Shown here: positions 1 through 11,282 of the stretch, piece after piece
How positions within the stretch are numbered: the stretch's first letter is position 1
Layout: every line of letters starts with the position of its first letter
Source of the DNA: an uncultured Actinomycetota bacterium
GTDB taxonomy: Bacteria > Actinomycetota > Actinomycetes > Mycobacteriales > Nakamurellaceae
Assembly: GCA_963784315.1 (NCBI GenBank)
Contig: CAWAQR010000001.1
Coordinates: forward strand, 1-24,000
Direction of reading: 5' to 3'
Length of the DNA stretch: 24,000 nucleotides
The notes under the pieces: model-generated
Databases searched by the model: none
Told to the model about the DNA's origin: nothing
The model's input: only the letters and a program-made list of their open reading frames with translations
Position numbers and translations under genes: made by a program

Positions 1-1
1 G

Positions 2-37
2 CGGGATGCGGAGAAGCAGGCGGAGGCGGTGCTGTAG
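2..37 (+). CDS. 3' end of an ORF entering from the left edge (...RDAEKQAEAVL*); identity unknown, possibly the preceding gene of the type I R-M operon
   Basis: The frame is open from position 2. The TAG at 35-37 directly abuts the ATG at 38 of the next gene. The fragment is too short to identify. Confidence 0.25.
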   Translation, partial: RDAEKQAEAVL

Positions 38-1141
38 ATGCCTGCCGACCCGACCGCCGAGGCGCCGCAACCCCACGCGTCGTTCCCCACCGCCCCGGCG
101 GGAGCCGGAATGCCGGGCTGGTACCCCGAGTTGTTGGACGCGGTAGCCGGGCGCATCGATGTGGGGCGGCGGCGGGCGGTGGCGGCGGCCAACACCGAGC
201 TGGTCGCGCGCCTACTGGCTGATCGGGCGGGACATCCTGGACCGGCAGGAGCGGGAGGGCTACGGGACCAAGGTCATCGACCGGCTCGTCCGCCGACCTG
301 AAGCAGCGGTTCCCGGAGGCCACGGGTACTCGCCGCGCAACCTGAAGTACATGCGGGCGTTCGCCGCCGCCTGGCCGGACCGGAGGTCGTGCAACGCACC
401 GCTTGCAAAACTGCCCTGGCGCCACACGTCGCCCTGCTGGACAAGCTCACCGACCCCGAGCTGCGGCACTGGTACGCCGCGCCCGCCCTGGAACAGGGGT
501 GGAGCGGGACATCCTCGCCCATCAGATCGAGTGGCGCCTGCACGAGCGCGCCGGGCGGGCGATCACTAACTTCGCGGCCACCCTCCCGCCGGCGACTCGG
601 ATCTGGCGCAGCAGGCGACGCAGGACCCGTACCTGTTCGACTTCCTGGCCCAGACCGACCAGGTTGCCGAGGCGGACGTGGAGCGCGGGCTGATCGAGCA
701 CGTGCAGCAGTTCCTGCTCGAACTCGGCCAGGGGTTCGCGTTCGTCGGACGCCAGGTCCGCCTGCAGGTCGGTCGGCAGGAGTTCTACGCCGACCTGCTC
801 TTCTACCACTACCGGCTCCGGGCTACGTGGTCATCGAGCTCAAGGCCGCCGCCTTCGAGCCCGGGCTACGTCGGGCAACTCGGCATGTACATGAGCGCCG
901 TCGACGACCTCATGGCCCAGGCCGACGACAAACCGACCATCGGCCTGCTGCTCTGCAAGACCAGGGACACCGTCGTCGCCGAGTACGCGCTGCGCGGCTA
1001 CACCCAGCCGATCGGCGTGGCCGAGTGGACCACCACTCTCACCCGCTCCCTGCCGGCTGAGCTCACCGCCAGCCTGCCCAGCATCGCCGACCTCGAGGCC
1101 GAGCTGGCTGACCCACGACCGAACACCGAAGGTGACCCCGC

Positions 1142-1145
<4 letters not shown>
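38..1145 (+). pseudogene. DUF1016/YhcG-type PD-(D/E)XK nuclease-like protein, interrupted by about 10 frame changes
   Basis: Pieces from all three + frames join into one family-like sequence: GWYPELLDAVAGRI / AYWLIGRDILDRQEREGYGTKVIDRL / GYSPRNLKYMRAFAAAWPD / KLPWRH + HVALLDKLTDPELRHWYA / ILAHQIE.RLHERAGRAITNF / DPYLFDFL...VERGLIEHVQQFLLELGQGFAFVGRQVRLQVGRQEFYADLLFYHYRLR / YVVIELKAAAFEP / GYVGQLGMYMSAVDD...PTIGLLLCK. The stop TGA at 1143-1145 overlaps the hsdR ATG at 1142. Confidence 0.8.
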
Positions 1146-4365
<3,220 letters not shown>

Positions 4366-4383
<18 letters not shown>

Positions 4384-4411
4384 CCGGATGCGGTCGTTAT
4401 CCGCCCAACGT
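4366..4411 (+). terminator. Strong hairpin spanning the hsdR stop codon (13-bp outer stem plus 5-bp inner stem)
   Basis: ACGTTGGGCGGAT (4366-4378) is the exact reverse complement of ATCCGCCCAACGT (4399-4411). An inner stem pairs GACCG (4382-4386) with CGGTC (4391-4395). There is no U-tract. Confidence 0.45.
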
Positions 4412-4513
4412 CGAGCGTCGGGGACCGAAGGTTCAAGGCGTTCCGCCCGCCGGTCTACGACAGCCCGGCGACCACCGGCTTCTACGACCTGACTTGTGCC
4501 ATTTAGTGTCCAG

Positions 4514-6010
4514 TTGAGCGGTCGCGGATGCGTCGAGTGCGTCGGCGAGGTCGGCGGGACGGGGTCGGCGGCGGTGATGGTGTGGTCGCCGGCCTGGATG
4601 GTGATGGTGCGGTAGCGGCGGGCGGTCTTGACGAACTTCCGGATGGACCAGCCGGTGGCGGTCTCGATCCATTTCGAGACGGCGAGCGCGGCCATCACGA
4701 TGGTCAGGTGCGCGTCGATCGAGTCACGCTGGTGGTGGTAGATCGGCCGGGCCTGGAGGTCGTGTTTGGACATCCGGAACGCTTTCTCGACCTGCCACAG
4801 CTGGTGGTAGGCGCCGATGACTGCTCCGCGGTGGGGTTGGGCAGGTTCGTCACGTAGCCCTTGATCCCGGCCAGGGCTCTGGTCTTGTCGATCAGGTGTT
4901 GGTTGAGTTCCCTTGTGCCGCCGCTGATCTGGACGAACCGGTTCCGTTTGATCGCGGCCTTCCCGTCGATGGCTTGCTGCGCCTTGGCGACCTGCTCGTC
5001 GATGCCGCGCAGCGTGCGGCGGGCCCGGTCGGCCCGGTACTGGTAGAAGATCGTGTGGTCGCGCCGCCCGTCCTTCGGTGACGCCGGCATCGGCTGGACC
5101 CATACCTGCTGATCGGTCGGCTCGGCACCGGGGTGGTGCCTGCCGCCAGTCGCCGACACACCTAGGGGACGTCGGGGATCCGGGCGCCGATGATGAACGA
5201 CAGGCCGTCGGCTTCGATGGCTTTCTTGTTGCTGTCGGACACCATCCCGGCGTCGGCGACGATCGTGACGTCAGTCAGTCGGTGCGCGGCCATGAACGCG
5301 CGTGATCGTCGGGATCATCGTGGACGTCTCGGCCTTGTTGCCCTCGAAAGCCTCGACCCGCAGCGGGAACCCGTCGGCGTCGCACAGCAGCCCGATGGTG
5401 ATCTGCGGTTCCAGCCGGCGTTCCTTGGAGAACCCGGGATCCGGAACTCGTCGGCGGTGTCGGTCTCGAAGTACAGCGTCGACACGTCGTACAGCACCAG
5501 GCTTGTCGGGCCGATCCGGGCATGCGCGGCACACGCCGATGACAGCGACGTGCGCCACTCCCTCGGCGCGAACACCGGCAGCCGACGTTGCACGGTCCGG
5601 TACCCGGGCGGTTCGATGCCCGCTTCCTGCAGGACCCGTAGCGAGTCCAGCTTCGAGGTGGGCTCGATGATCCGGGCCAACACCAACGCTTCGAAGACGG
5701 CATCGCCGCCGGTGACCGCGTCGAAGCCCAACGCCCGGTACCCGGCCGCCAACGAGTCCCACAGATGACCCATCCGTGATCCGGTGATCGGCAGCGGCCC
5801 ACCCTTTTCCGGCGGGGTGTGCAGGCCAAGGTCGAACTCACCCTGGCCGGCCAGGATCCGTTGCCTGGCAACGGTCTTCAGCAGCTCCAGCTGGACATCG
5901 TCATGCGCTGATCCGATGTGCTCGATGGTCCGCTTCCCGCCGCGGTTGGAATACACGATCTGGACCGCCCGGGCTCCCGAGGCGGTCTTCACGGTCCGGA
6001 CGTGCACCAC
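4514..6010 (-). pseudogene. IS1634-family DDE transposase, frameshifted (at least 3 frame changes); 3' end uncertain
   Basis: The start is GTG at 6010. Segments lie in different minus frames: MVHVRTVKTASGARAVQIVYSNRGGKRTIEHIGSAHDDVQLELL...LVLYDVSTLYFETD, then FSKERRLEPQITIGLLCDADGFPLRVEAFEGNKAE, then RRDHTIFYQYRADRARRTLRGIDEQV...IKGYVTNL, then VIGAYHQLWQVEKAFRMSKHDLQARPIYHHQRDSIDAHLTIVMAALAV. Confidence 0.8.
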
Positions 6011-6033
6011 CGGCCCACCCTACGACCCCGGAA
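4514..6033 (-). mobile_element. IS1634-family (IS4-superfamily) insertion sequence, decayed
   Basis: It contains the frameshifted transposase listed below. It is bracketed by the direct repeat TTAGTGTCCAG (4503-4513) / TTAGTGCCCAG (6034-6044). The ends are weakly inverted: TTGAGCGGTCGCGG versus the reverse complement TTCCGGGGTCGTAGG. Boundaries are inferred. Confidence 0.55.
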
Positions 6034-6251
6034 TTAGTGCCCAGACCTGGAGCCGAAACACAACGAAACCGCAGGTCACAGCCCCGAGGCCGCGGAAATC
6101 GCCAAACCGTGGCACAAGTCAGGTCAACAACGTCCATAACATCCGCAAATTTTCCATCCCGTGCGCACGTAACCGCGGCTCGAGGGCGTGATGAGTCGTT
6201 CTCGGCGGAAGCGATGAAACACACCGGACAGACCTGATCCAGCCTCCGGGA

Positions 6252-6523
6252 CTAGGACACCCTCTTGCCGTGCGGGTTGCCGTCGTCGTCGTCCTGGACA
6301 GCAGGAGTGATCGCGTCGAGGTGCAGGGCGCGGCCTTTAATCTCGGCCCAAGCCGTGACGTCGTCGAGGGCCCAGATGCTGCCCATGGCAGGGTGAGCCG
6401 GGGTTCGGGAAAGTCTGCGGTCCGGACGACGATCTGCGACACCCGTTGCCGGCTGACCCCGAGCAGCCGGCCGAGTTCGGCGTTGCCCAAGCAATCGTCT
6501 CCAGTCCGACACAGGGTAGGCAT
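6252..6523 (-). pseudogene. Small HTH DNA-binding protein (phage/plasmid regulator or excisionase-like) with one frameshift
   Basis: MPTLCRTGDDCLGNAELGRLLGVSRQRVSQIVVRTADFPEP lies in one frame and AHPAMGSIWALDDVTAWAEIKGRALHL...* in another. The junction sits at the G4 run 6400-6403, and a G5 run would restore FPEPPAHPAMG. Confidence 0.6.
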
Positions 6524-6594
6524 CTGCCAACCATAACCCAACATATTGGCACTTGCCTAGTAGGCATATGCCTAGTACACTAGGCATATGCCAA
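6517..6594. promoter_or_regulatory. Array of four operator-like dyads W-GGCA-N2-TGCC-W in the divergent HTH/DUF932 intergenic region
   Basis: The four sites are TAGGCATCTGCCAA (6517-6530), TTGGCACTTGCCTA (6546-6559), TAGGCATATGCCTA (6561-6574, a perfect 14-bp palindrome) and TAGGCATATGCCAA (6581-6594). A candidate promoter is TTGCCT (6553-6558), a 17-nt spacer, then TACACT (6576-6581). Confidence 0.55.
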
Positions 6595-6633
6595 GGAGGC
6601 CGGGCGGTCCGGTCGAGGCGGGAGGAGAAGGTC

Positions 6634-7646
6634 ATGGCTCATCAGTTGGAGACCTGGGCAGACGGGTCGGCGTCGTTCGTGTCGGCGCGGGAGCACGCGT
6701 GGCACCGGCTGGGCACGGTGCTGCCCGAGACGTTCGACGCGGCGCAGGCGATGCAGCACGCAAAGCTCGGGCGGCTGGAACGTCCGCAAGGAGGCGCTGC
6801 AGACGGTGCCGGTGATCGACGAGCACGGGGTGACCCCGTCGCTGCCGGTGCCGGACCAGTTCGCCACGGTCCGGACCAACCCGGTCACCGGCGGGACCGA
6901 CGTCCTGGGTGTGGTCGGCGCCGGTTACACCCCGATCCAGAACGAGGCGCACGCCGCCCTGCTCGACTCGGTGGTGGACGAGTCCGGCGCGCACTTCGAG
7001 ACCGCCGGGTCGCTGCGGGGCGGCCGGTCGGTGTTCCTGTCGATGAAGCTGCCGCCCACGATGCTGATCGGCGGCATCGACCCGGTCGACCTGTACCTGA
7101 TCGCGCTGAACTCCCACGACGGAACCGTCGCGTTCCGGTTGCTGGTGTCCCCGGTGCGGGTGGTGTGCGCGAACACCCAGGCGCTGGCGATCCGGCGGGC
7201 GCAGTCGTCGTTCTCGATCCGGCACACCTCCGGCGCGCACGGCCACATCGCGCAGGCCCGCGCAGGCGCTCGGGTTGACGTTCAAGTACGCCGAGGCGTT
7301 CCAGGCCGAAGCGGACCGGATGATCGCCCAGGCCATCACCGACGACCAGTTCGCCGAGATCGTCGGGAAGCTGTGGGACGCACCGACTTCCACGTCGGCC
7401 CGGTCCCGCACGATCAGCGAGAACCGCGCCGCCACGCTGCGGCAGCTGTTCCGGGCGTCGGCGACCAACGAGGCGATCCGGGGCACCCGGTGGGCCGCGT
7501 ACCAGGCGGTCACCGAGTACACCGACCACTTCGCCCCGATCGGCGACAAGGGCAACCCGACGCTGGCCCGCGCCGAGCGGGTCGCCGGGTCCGGCACCGT
7601 GACCGCGCTGAAGACCAAGGCGTTCGAGCTGATCGCCGCGCTGTAG
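6634..7646 (+). pseudogene. DUF932 (phage/plasmid-like protein, TIGR03299-type) with two frame changes
   Basis: The RBS GGAGGAG (6621-6627) precedes the ATG at 6634. The sequence reads MAHQLETWADGSASFVSAREHAWHRLGTVL..., then WNVRKEALQTVPVIDEHGV...YTPIQNEAHAALLDSVVDESGAHFETAGSLRGGRSVFLSMKLP...YLIALNSHDGTVAFRLLVSPVRVVCANT, then LTFKYAEAFQAEADRMI...RWAAYQAVTEYTDH. The shifts lie near 6770 and 7262. Confidence 0.8.
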
Positions 7647-7652
7647 CCAGGT

Positions 7653-7717
7653 GGTGGACCAGGAGGGATTAGGCCCCCTTCTGGTCCACCCGGCAGGCCG
7701 GGCCTCACGGCCCGGCC
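7653..7717 (+). terminator. Two tandem GC-rich hairpins after DUF932
   Basis: GGTGGACCAG (7653-7662) pairs with CTGGTCCACC (7681-7690), and about 5 further inner pairs extend the stem. A second hairpin runs 7696-7717, pairing GCCGGGCC with GGCCCGGC around a 4-nt loop. Confidence 0.5.
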
Positions 7718-7755
7718 CCCACCCACTCCACCCTTCTGACAGGAGAGCAGTTCTC

Positions 7756-8549
7756 ATGGTGCACCCCTTTTCCGGTTCCACCCCCCAGCCCGAGCCCCCG
7801 CGACACGATCACCGTCGGGGTGTCCGGCCCCGCCGGGCTGCTGTCGTCGCTGCCGGTGCTGCTGGGCTACCACCCCACCGAGTCGCTGGTCATGGTGTGC
7901 CTGTCCGGCGACCTCGACACGGTCGGCCCGATCGGCCGGGTCGACGCCCCCACCAACCCGGCCGACGATCGCCCAGGCCGTCGCGGCGCTGGCCGACGCC
8001 GCCGACCGGCACGCCGACCGGCTCATCCTCGCCGTCTACACCGACACCCCGGCGCGGTCGACACCGCCGCGTGGCAGCCGCTTTCGGCCGGGTCCGGCCG
8101 GTGGTCGACGTCATCGTCACCGGCAACGCCCCGCAAGCCGCCGCACCCGGACCTGATGGCCGCGCACGCCGTACGCGGCCGCGCTGTCCTCACCGACCGG
8201 GCCGAGCTGGCCCGCTCCGTCGAGCACGACCCCCGCGTCGTGCACCCGCTGGGTTGCTGGCCGAGTTCGACACCTCGCCCGGCGGGACGCGCTGCTGGCC
8301 CGGATGCTGCCCGACCCCGACGCGGTCGCCGTCCTGGTCACCCTCGCCCAGGCCACCCCCGACACCGACCAGCGGGTGCCGGACGTGTGCGCGGCGCTGG
8401 CGATCCTGGCCTACCGCTACGGCGACGGTGCACTCGCCCGGGTCGCGATCGACCGGTCCCGCCGCACCGACCCCGACCACTTCCTCACCGAGCTGATCGA
8501 GGAGTTCATCAACCGGTGCGCGCCCCGGCTGCACTCGACCACGTCCTGA
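7756..8549 (+). pseudogene. DUF4192-domain protein, about 6 frame changes
   Basis: The RBS AGGAGA precedes the ATG at 7756. Segments lie in three frames: GPAGLLSSLPVLLGYHPTESLVMVCLSGDLDTVGPIGRVD, IAQAVAALADAADRHADRLILAVYTD, VVDVIVTGN, HPDLMAAHAVRGRAVLTDRAELARSVEHDP and MLPDPDAVAVLVTLAQ...DHFLTELIEEFINRCAP. Confidence 0.75.
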
Positions 8550-8563
8550 ACTTCTGACCCGCA

Positions 8564-8602
8564 CCGGTGGCGGGCCGGGCACACCACCCGGCCCGCCACC
8601 GG
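8564..8602 (+). terminator. Perfect 16-bp GC-rich hairpin after the DUF4192 gene
   Basis: CCGGTGGCGGGCCGGG (8564-8579) is the exact reverse complement of CCCGGCCCGCCACCGG (8587-8602). The loop is 7 nt. Confidence 0.55.
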
Positions 8603-8678
8603 GCGACACCACAGTCACCGCAACAACTCCCGCGCTCCCGACCCCGGGCTGCCCCCTCATCGGAGACGAGTCGATCCC

Positions 8679-9436
8679 ATGACACCCACCCCCCACCCGG
8701 ACCACCACCACCTCGATCGTCACCAGTCGACCAGCTGCACCCGCACAGTGATCAGTCGGCGGATCACCGGCACCGGTACAGCCGCGCCGACACCATCGCC
8801 GACGGGCTGCTCATCGAGGTTCCCACCCGGCTGTCCCGCCAGTTCGGGATCCGTTGGCCGCTGGCGATGTCCACCCTGGCGTGGTTCGACGCCGTCGCCT
8901 GGGACGCCGCCACCGAAGCGGCCAAGCCCCGCCCCACCGGGCAGACCGAGAGCGGCCGCATCGCCGAGGTCCTGTGGTCCGCGCGCCAGGCGATCACGAA
9001 CCCGACCAACACCCGGCCGGTGACGTTCACCGCCTGGCGGGTGCCGCCCACCGGCCGCGAAACCCGCGCCGTGCGCTGCACTCTCACCCTCACCGTGCAC
9101 ACCGGGGACTGCGGCGAGACCGTCGCCACCATCCACCACCCCACCGTCCCCGACGCCGGTCCGTTCGTCATGCCCCGCTACTGCGGACCCGGCCAGCACT
9201 TCCGCGCCACCGGCGACGACACCGACCCCGACGGGATGGCATGGCCCGTCGTCACCCCCGACACCCTCGACGCGGTCCTCACCGAAGCCGCCCACCACAC
9301 CGGCACCACCCACACCCGAGGCGTCGGCGCCGCCGTCCACGTCCAGCCACCCCACGGCCAGCCCGTCACCCTGCGACCCGACCACCACGGCCGCTACCAC
9401 CTGCGGCCCCTCGGCTGGACCTGCCTGCAGATGTAG
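8679..9436 (+). CDS. Hypothetical protein of the plasmid/ICE module; the start is uncertain and there may be a frameshift near 8775
   Basis: The frame is open for 660 bp from about 8775 to 9436: YSRADTIADGLLIEVPTRLSRQFGIRWPLAMSTLAWFDAVAWD...CGETVATIHHP...GWTCLQM*. The only ATG with an upstream GGAGA is at 8679, and it lies in a different frame. I did not recognise a family with confidence. Confidence 0.45.
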
Positions 9437-9448
9437 ACCCCACCGACC

Positions 9449-9482
9449 GGGCGGGCGCGGCACCCCTCCACCGCGCCCGCCC
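9449..9482 (+). terminator. Perfect 12-bp GC hairpin after the 8679-9436 ORF
   Basis: GGGCGGGCGCGG (9449-9460) is the exact reverse complement of CCGCGCCCGCCC (9471-9482). The loop is 10 nt. Confidence 0.5.
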
Positions 9483-9543
9483 ACCCAGCACCACCACCAA
9501 CCCCCGGCACCAGCCCACACCCAGCCAGAACGGACCCCCTGCG

Positions 9544-9885
9544 ATGACCGCTGTCCTGAACCACCCCGACACCACCACCGACCCGGGCGTCGAGCAGGTC
9601 GACAACCCCGCCGCCGCAACCGACACCCAGCCCCACGACCGGGCGGCCACCGAGACGCTGACGGTGATCGAGTTGCGGCCCGAGCAGGTCGCGCAGCACC
9701 CCGACAACCTCCGTGACGCCGGGCGCGGCATCACCGAACTCGCCCGTTCTGTGGCCGAGGTGGGGATCCTCGTCCCGCTCATCGTCGTCCCCGTCGACCT
9801 GGTGCCCGGCCACGACTTCGACGCCGCCGTCACCCACGTCGCCGTCGACGGGAACCGCCGCGCCGCCGCCGCAGCCGCCGGACTA
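9544..9885 (+). pseudogene. ParB-like N-terminal (ParB/Srx fold) domain protein, 3'-truncated by the IS110-family element
   Basis: The sequence is LTVIELRPEQVAQHPDNLRD...ITELARSVAEVGILVPLIVVPV...AVDGNRRAAAAAAGL, which fits the ParB-N pattern (NPR-like box, G.L.P, DG.RR..A...AG). Family-like sequence stops at about 9885. Confidence 0.7.
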
Positions 9886-11252
9886 CTGAACCGCCCTGTA
9901 AGTCTTGGGTCGGCCGGCCCGGGGCTGGCTGGCAGGGTTGGTGTCGTCGCTTCGGCTGGGTGTGACTCGTGAACCGCTTGGCCCCTTCGGGGTGCTCTGG
10001 CCGGGATCTGTCCGCCTTGGTCGGAGCGGCGACGCCGGCCCGGTCATTCCTCGGTGGCTTGATTAGAAGCCTGCCCGACCTTGCACGTCGTGGCTCCTTA
10101 CAGGCATGCCCCGCGGTTTCCAACGCTCGGGCCGACGCCGCTGTGCGACGTCCGTTCCGTTCGAGCAGAAGGAGCCGCAGTGCCCATCGTGTCAGAGCAG
10201 TACTCCAGGTTGGTAGGGGTCGACACCCATGCCGCCACCCACACCCTGGCGGTGGTCGACGCCGTGACCGGCGCCGAAGTCGACCAGGCCACGTTCCCGA
10301 CGACGCCGGCCGGGCTACGGCGGGCCGCCGGCTGGGCCGCCCGGCGGGTCGGTGACGAGCCCGCGTTGTTCGTCGTGGAGGGCGTCGGCAGCTACGGCGC
10401 CGGCCTGGTTCGAGTGCTGACCAGTAACGGCTGGCCGGTCGTGGAACCGTCGCCGATGCCGAAAGGCCAGTTCCGGGGCACCGGGAAGTCCGATCAGCTG
10501 GACGCCCGGCGGATCGCCAAGTCCGTTGCCGGGGTGGATGTGTCGGATCTGCGGTGGCCGCGTGAGGACGGCGGGACCCGAGCGGCGATGCGGGTCCTCG
10601 TCGTCGCCCGGGAAGAGATGACCACGGAGCGGATCCGGTTGATCAACTCGTTGACCGGGCTGGTCAGGGTGTTCGACCTCGACGTTGATGCCCGGCGGCC
10701 GTTGACCGGTGACCAGATCGCCGCGATCGGCCGGTGGCGGGCCCGCGCCGGCGAATCGCTGGCGCAGGCCACCGCCCGCGCGGAGGCCGTGCGGCTGGCC
10801 ACCCGCATCGGGCAGCTGGACCAGCAACTCGCCGACAACCGGCGGGCACTGGACACGATGGTCGACGCGCAAGCGCCGCAGCTACTCCAGATGCCCGGCG
10901 TCGGAGCGGTCGTCGCCGCCACCGTCCTGGTGGCCTGGTCCCACCCAGGACGGGTCCGGTCCGAGGCAGCGTTGGCCAGCCTCGCAGGGACCTGCCCGAT
11001 CCCCGCGTCGTCGGGTAACACCGAACGGCACCGCCTCAACCGCGGTGGCGATCGACGCCTGAACAGAGCCATCCACACCATCGTCATCGTCCGGATGCGC
11101 TGCCATGAAGCGACCAGGGCCTACGTCGCCCGACGCACCGCCGAGGGCCGCACGAAGAAGGAGATCATCCGCGCGCTGAAGCGATACGTCACCCGCCAGC
11201 TGTTCCGCGCGCTCCTGCCGAAACCGGTGCCTGTCAGCCCTTGACGGGATAT
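9886..11252 (+). mobile_element. IS110-family insertion sequence (long 5' non-coding end; right end possibly truncated)
   Basis: An intact IS110-type transposase is preceded by about 295 bp of non-coding DNA. The left edge is inferred from the loss of ParB-like sequence (uncertainty about 10 bp). The right edge is set by the IS3 inverted repeat at 11253. Confidence 0.75.
10180..11244 (+). CDS. IS110-family transposase (DEDD N-terminal domain plus C-terminal transposase_20-type domain), intact
   Basis: The RBS GAAGGAG (10168-10174) precedes the GTG at 10180. The sequence reads LVGVDTHAATHTLAVVD...FVVEGVGSYGAGL...KSDQLDARRIA...LLQMPGVGAVVAATVLVAW...RVRSEAALASLAGTCPIPASSGNTERHRLNRGGDRRLNRAIHTIVIVRMR...YVARRTAEGRTKKEIIRALKRYVTRQLF. 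Confidence 0.92.
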   Translation: MPIVSEQYSRLVGVDTHAATHTLAVVDAVTGAEVDQATFPTTPAGLRRAAGWAARRVGDEPALFVVEGVGSYGAGLVRVLTSNGWPVVEPSPMPKGQFRGTGKSDQLDARRIAKSVAGVDVSDLRWPREDGGTRAAMRVLVVAREEMTTERIRLINSLTGLVRVFDLDVDARRPLTGDQIAAIGRWRARAGESLAQATARAEAVRLATRIGQLDQQLADNRRALDTMVDAQAPQLLQMPGVGAVVAATVLVAWSHPGRVRSEAALASLAGTCPIPASSGNTERHRLNRGGDRRLNRAIHTIVIVRMRCHEATRAYVARRTAEGRTKKEIIRALKRYVTRQLFRALLPKPVPVSP

Positions 11253-11279
11253 AGAAGCATCCCGGCATGTCCGGAGACT
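11253..11279. repeat. IS3 terminal inverted repeat (orfB-side end)
   Basis: AGAAGCATCCCGGCATGTCCGGAGACT compares with the reverse complement of 12575-12601, TGAATCCCCCCGGCATGTCCGGAGACT. Confidence 0.85.
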
Positions 11280-11282
11280 GTC

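Noticed and set aside
6546-6557. TGGCAC followed by TTGC, superficially like a sigma-54 -24/-12 promoter
   Set aside because: The two elements are adjacent rather than separated by the required spacing (GG and GC about 10 nt apart). Actinobacteria generally lack sigma-54. The sequence is better explained as one copy of the dyad operator motif.
6632-7781. Minus-strand ORFs of 364 aa and 298 aa antisense to DUF932
   Set aside because: They have shadow-ORF composition, and the + strand carries the recognisable DUF932 sequence.
8720-9619. Minus-strand 299-aa ORF rich in G, V and W
   Set aside because: It is a low-complexity antisense translation of the 8679-9436 and ParB-like genes. It crosses a strong hairpin and an intergenic gap.
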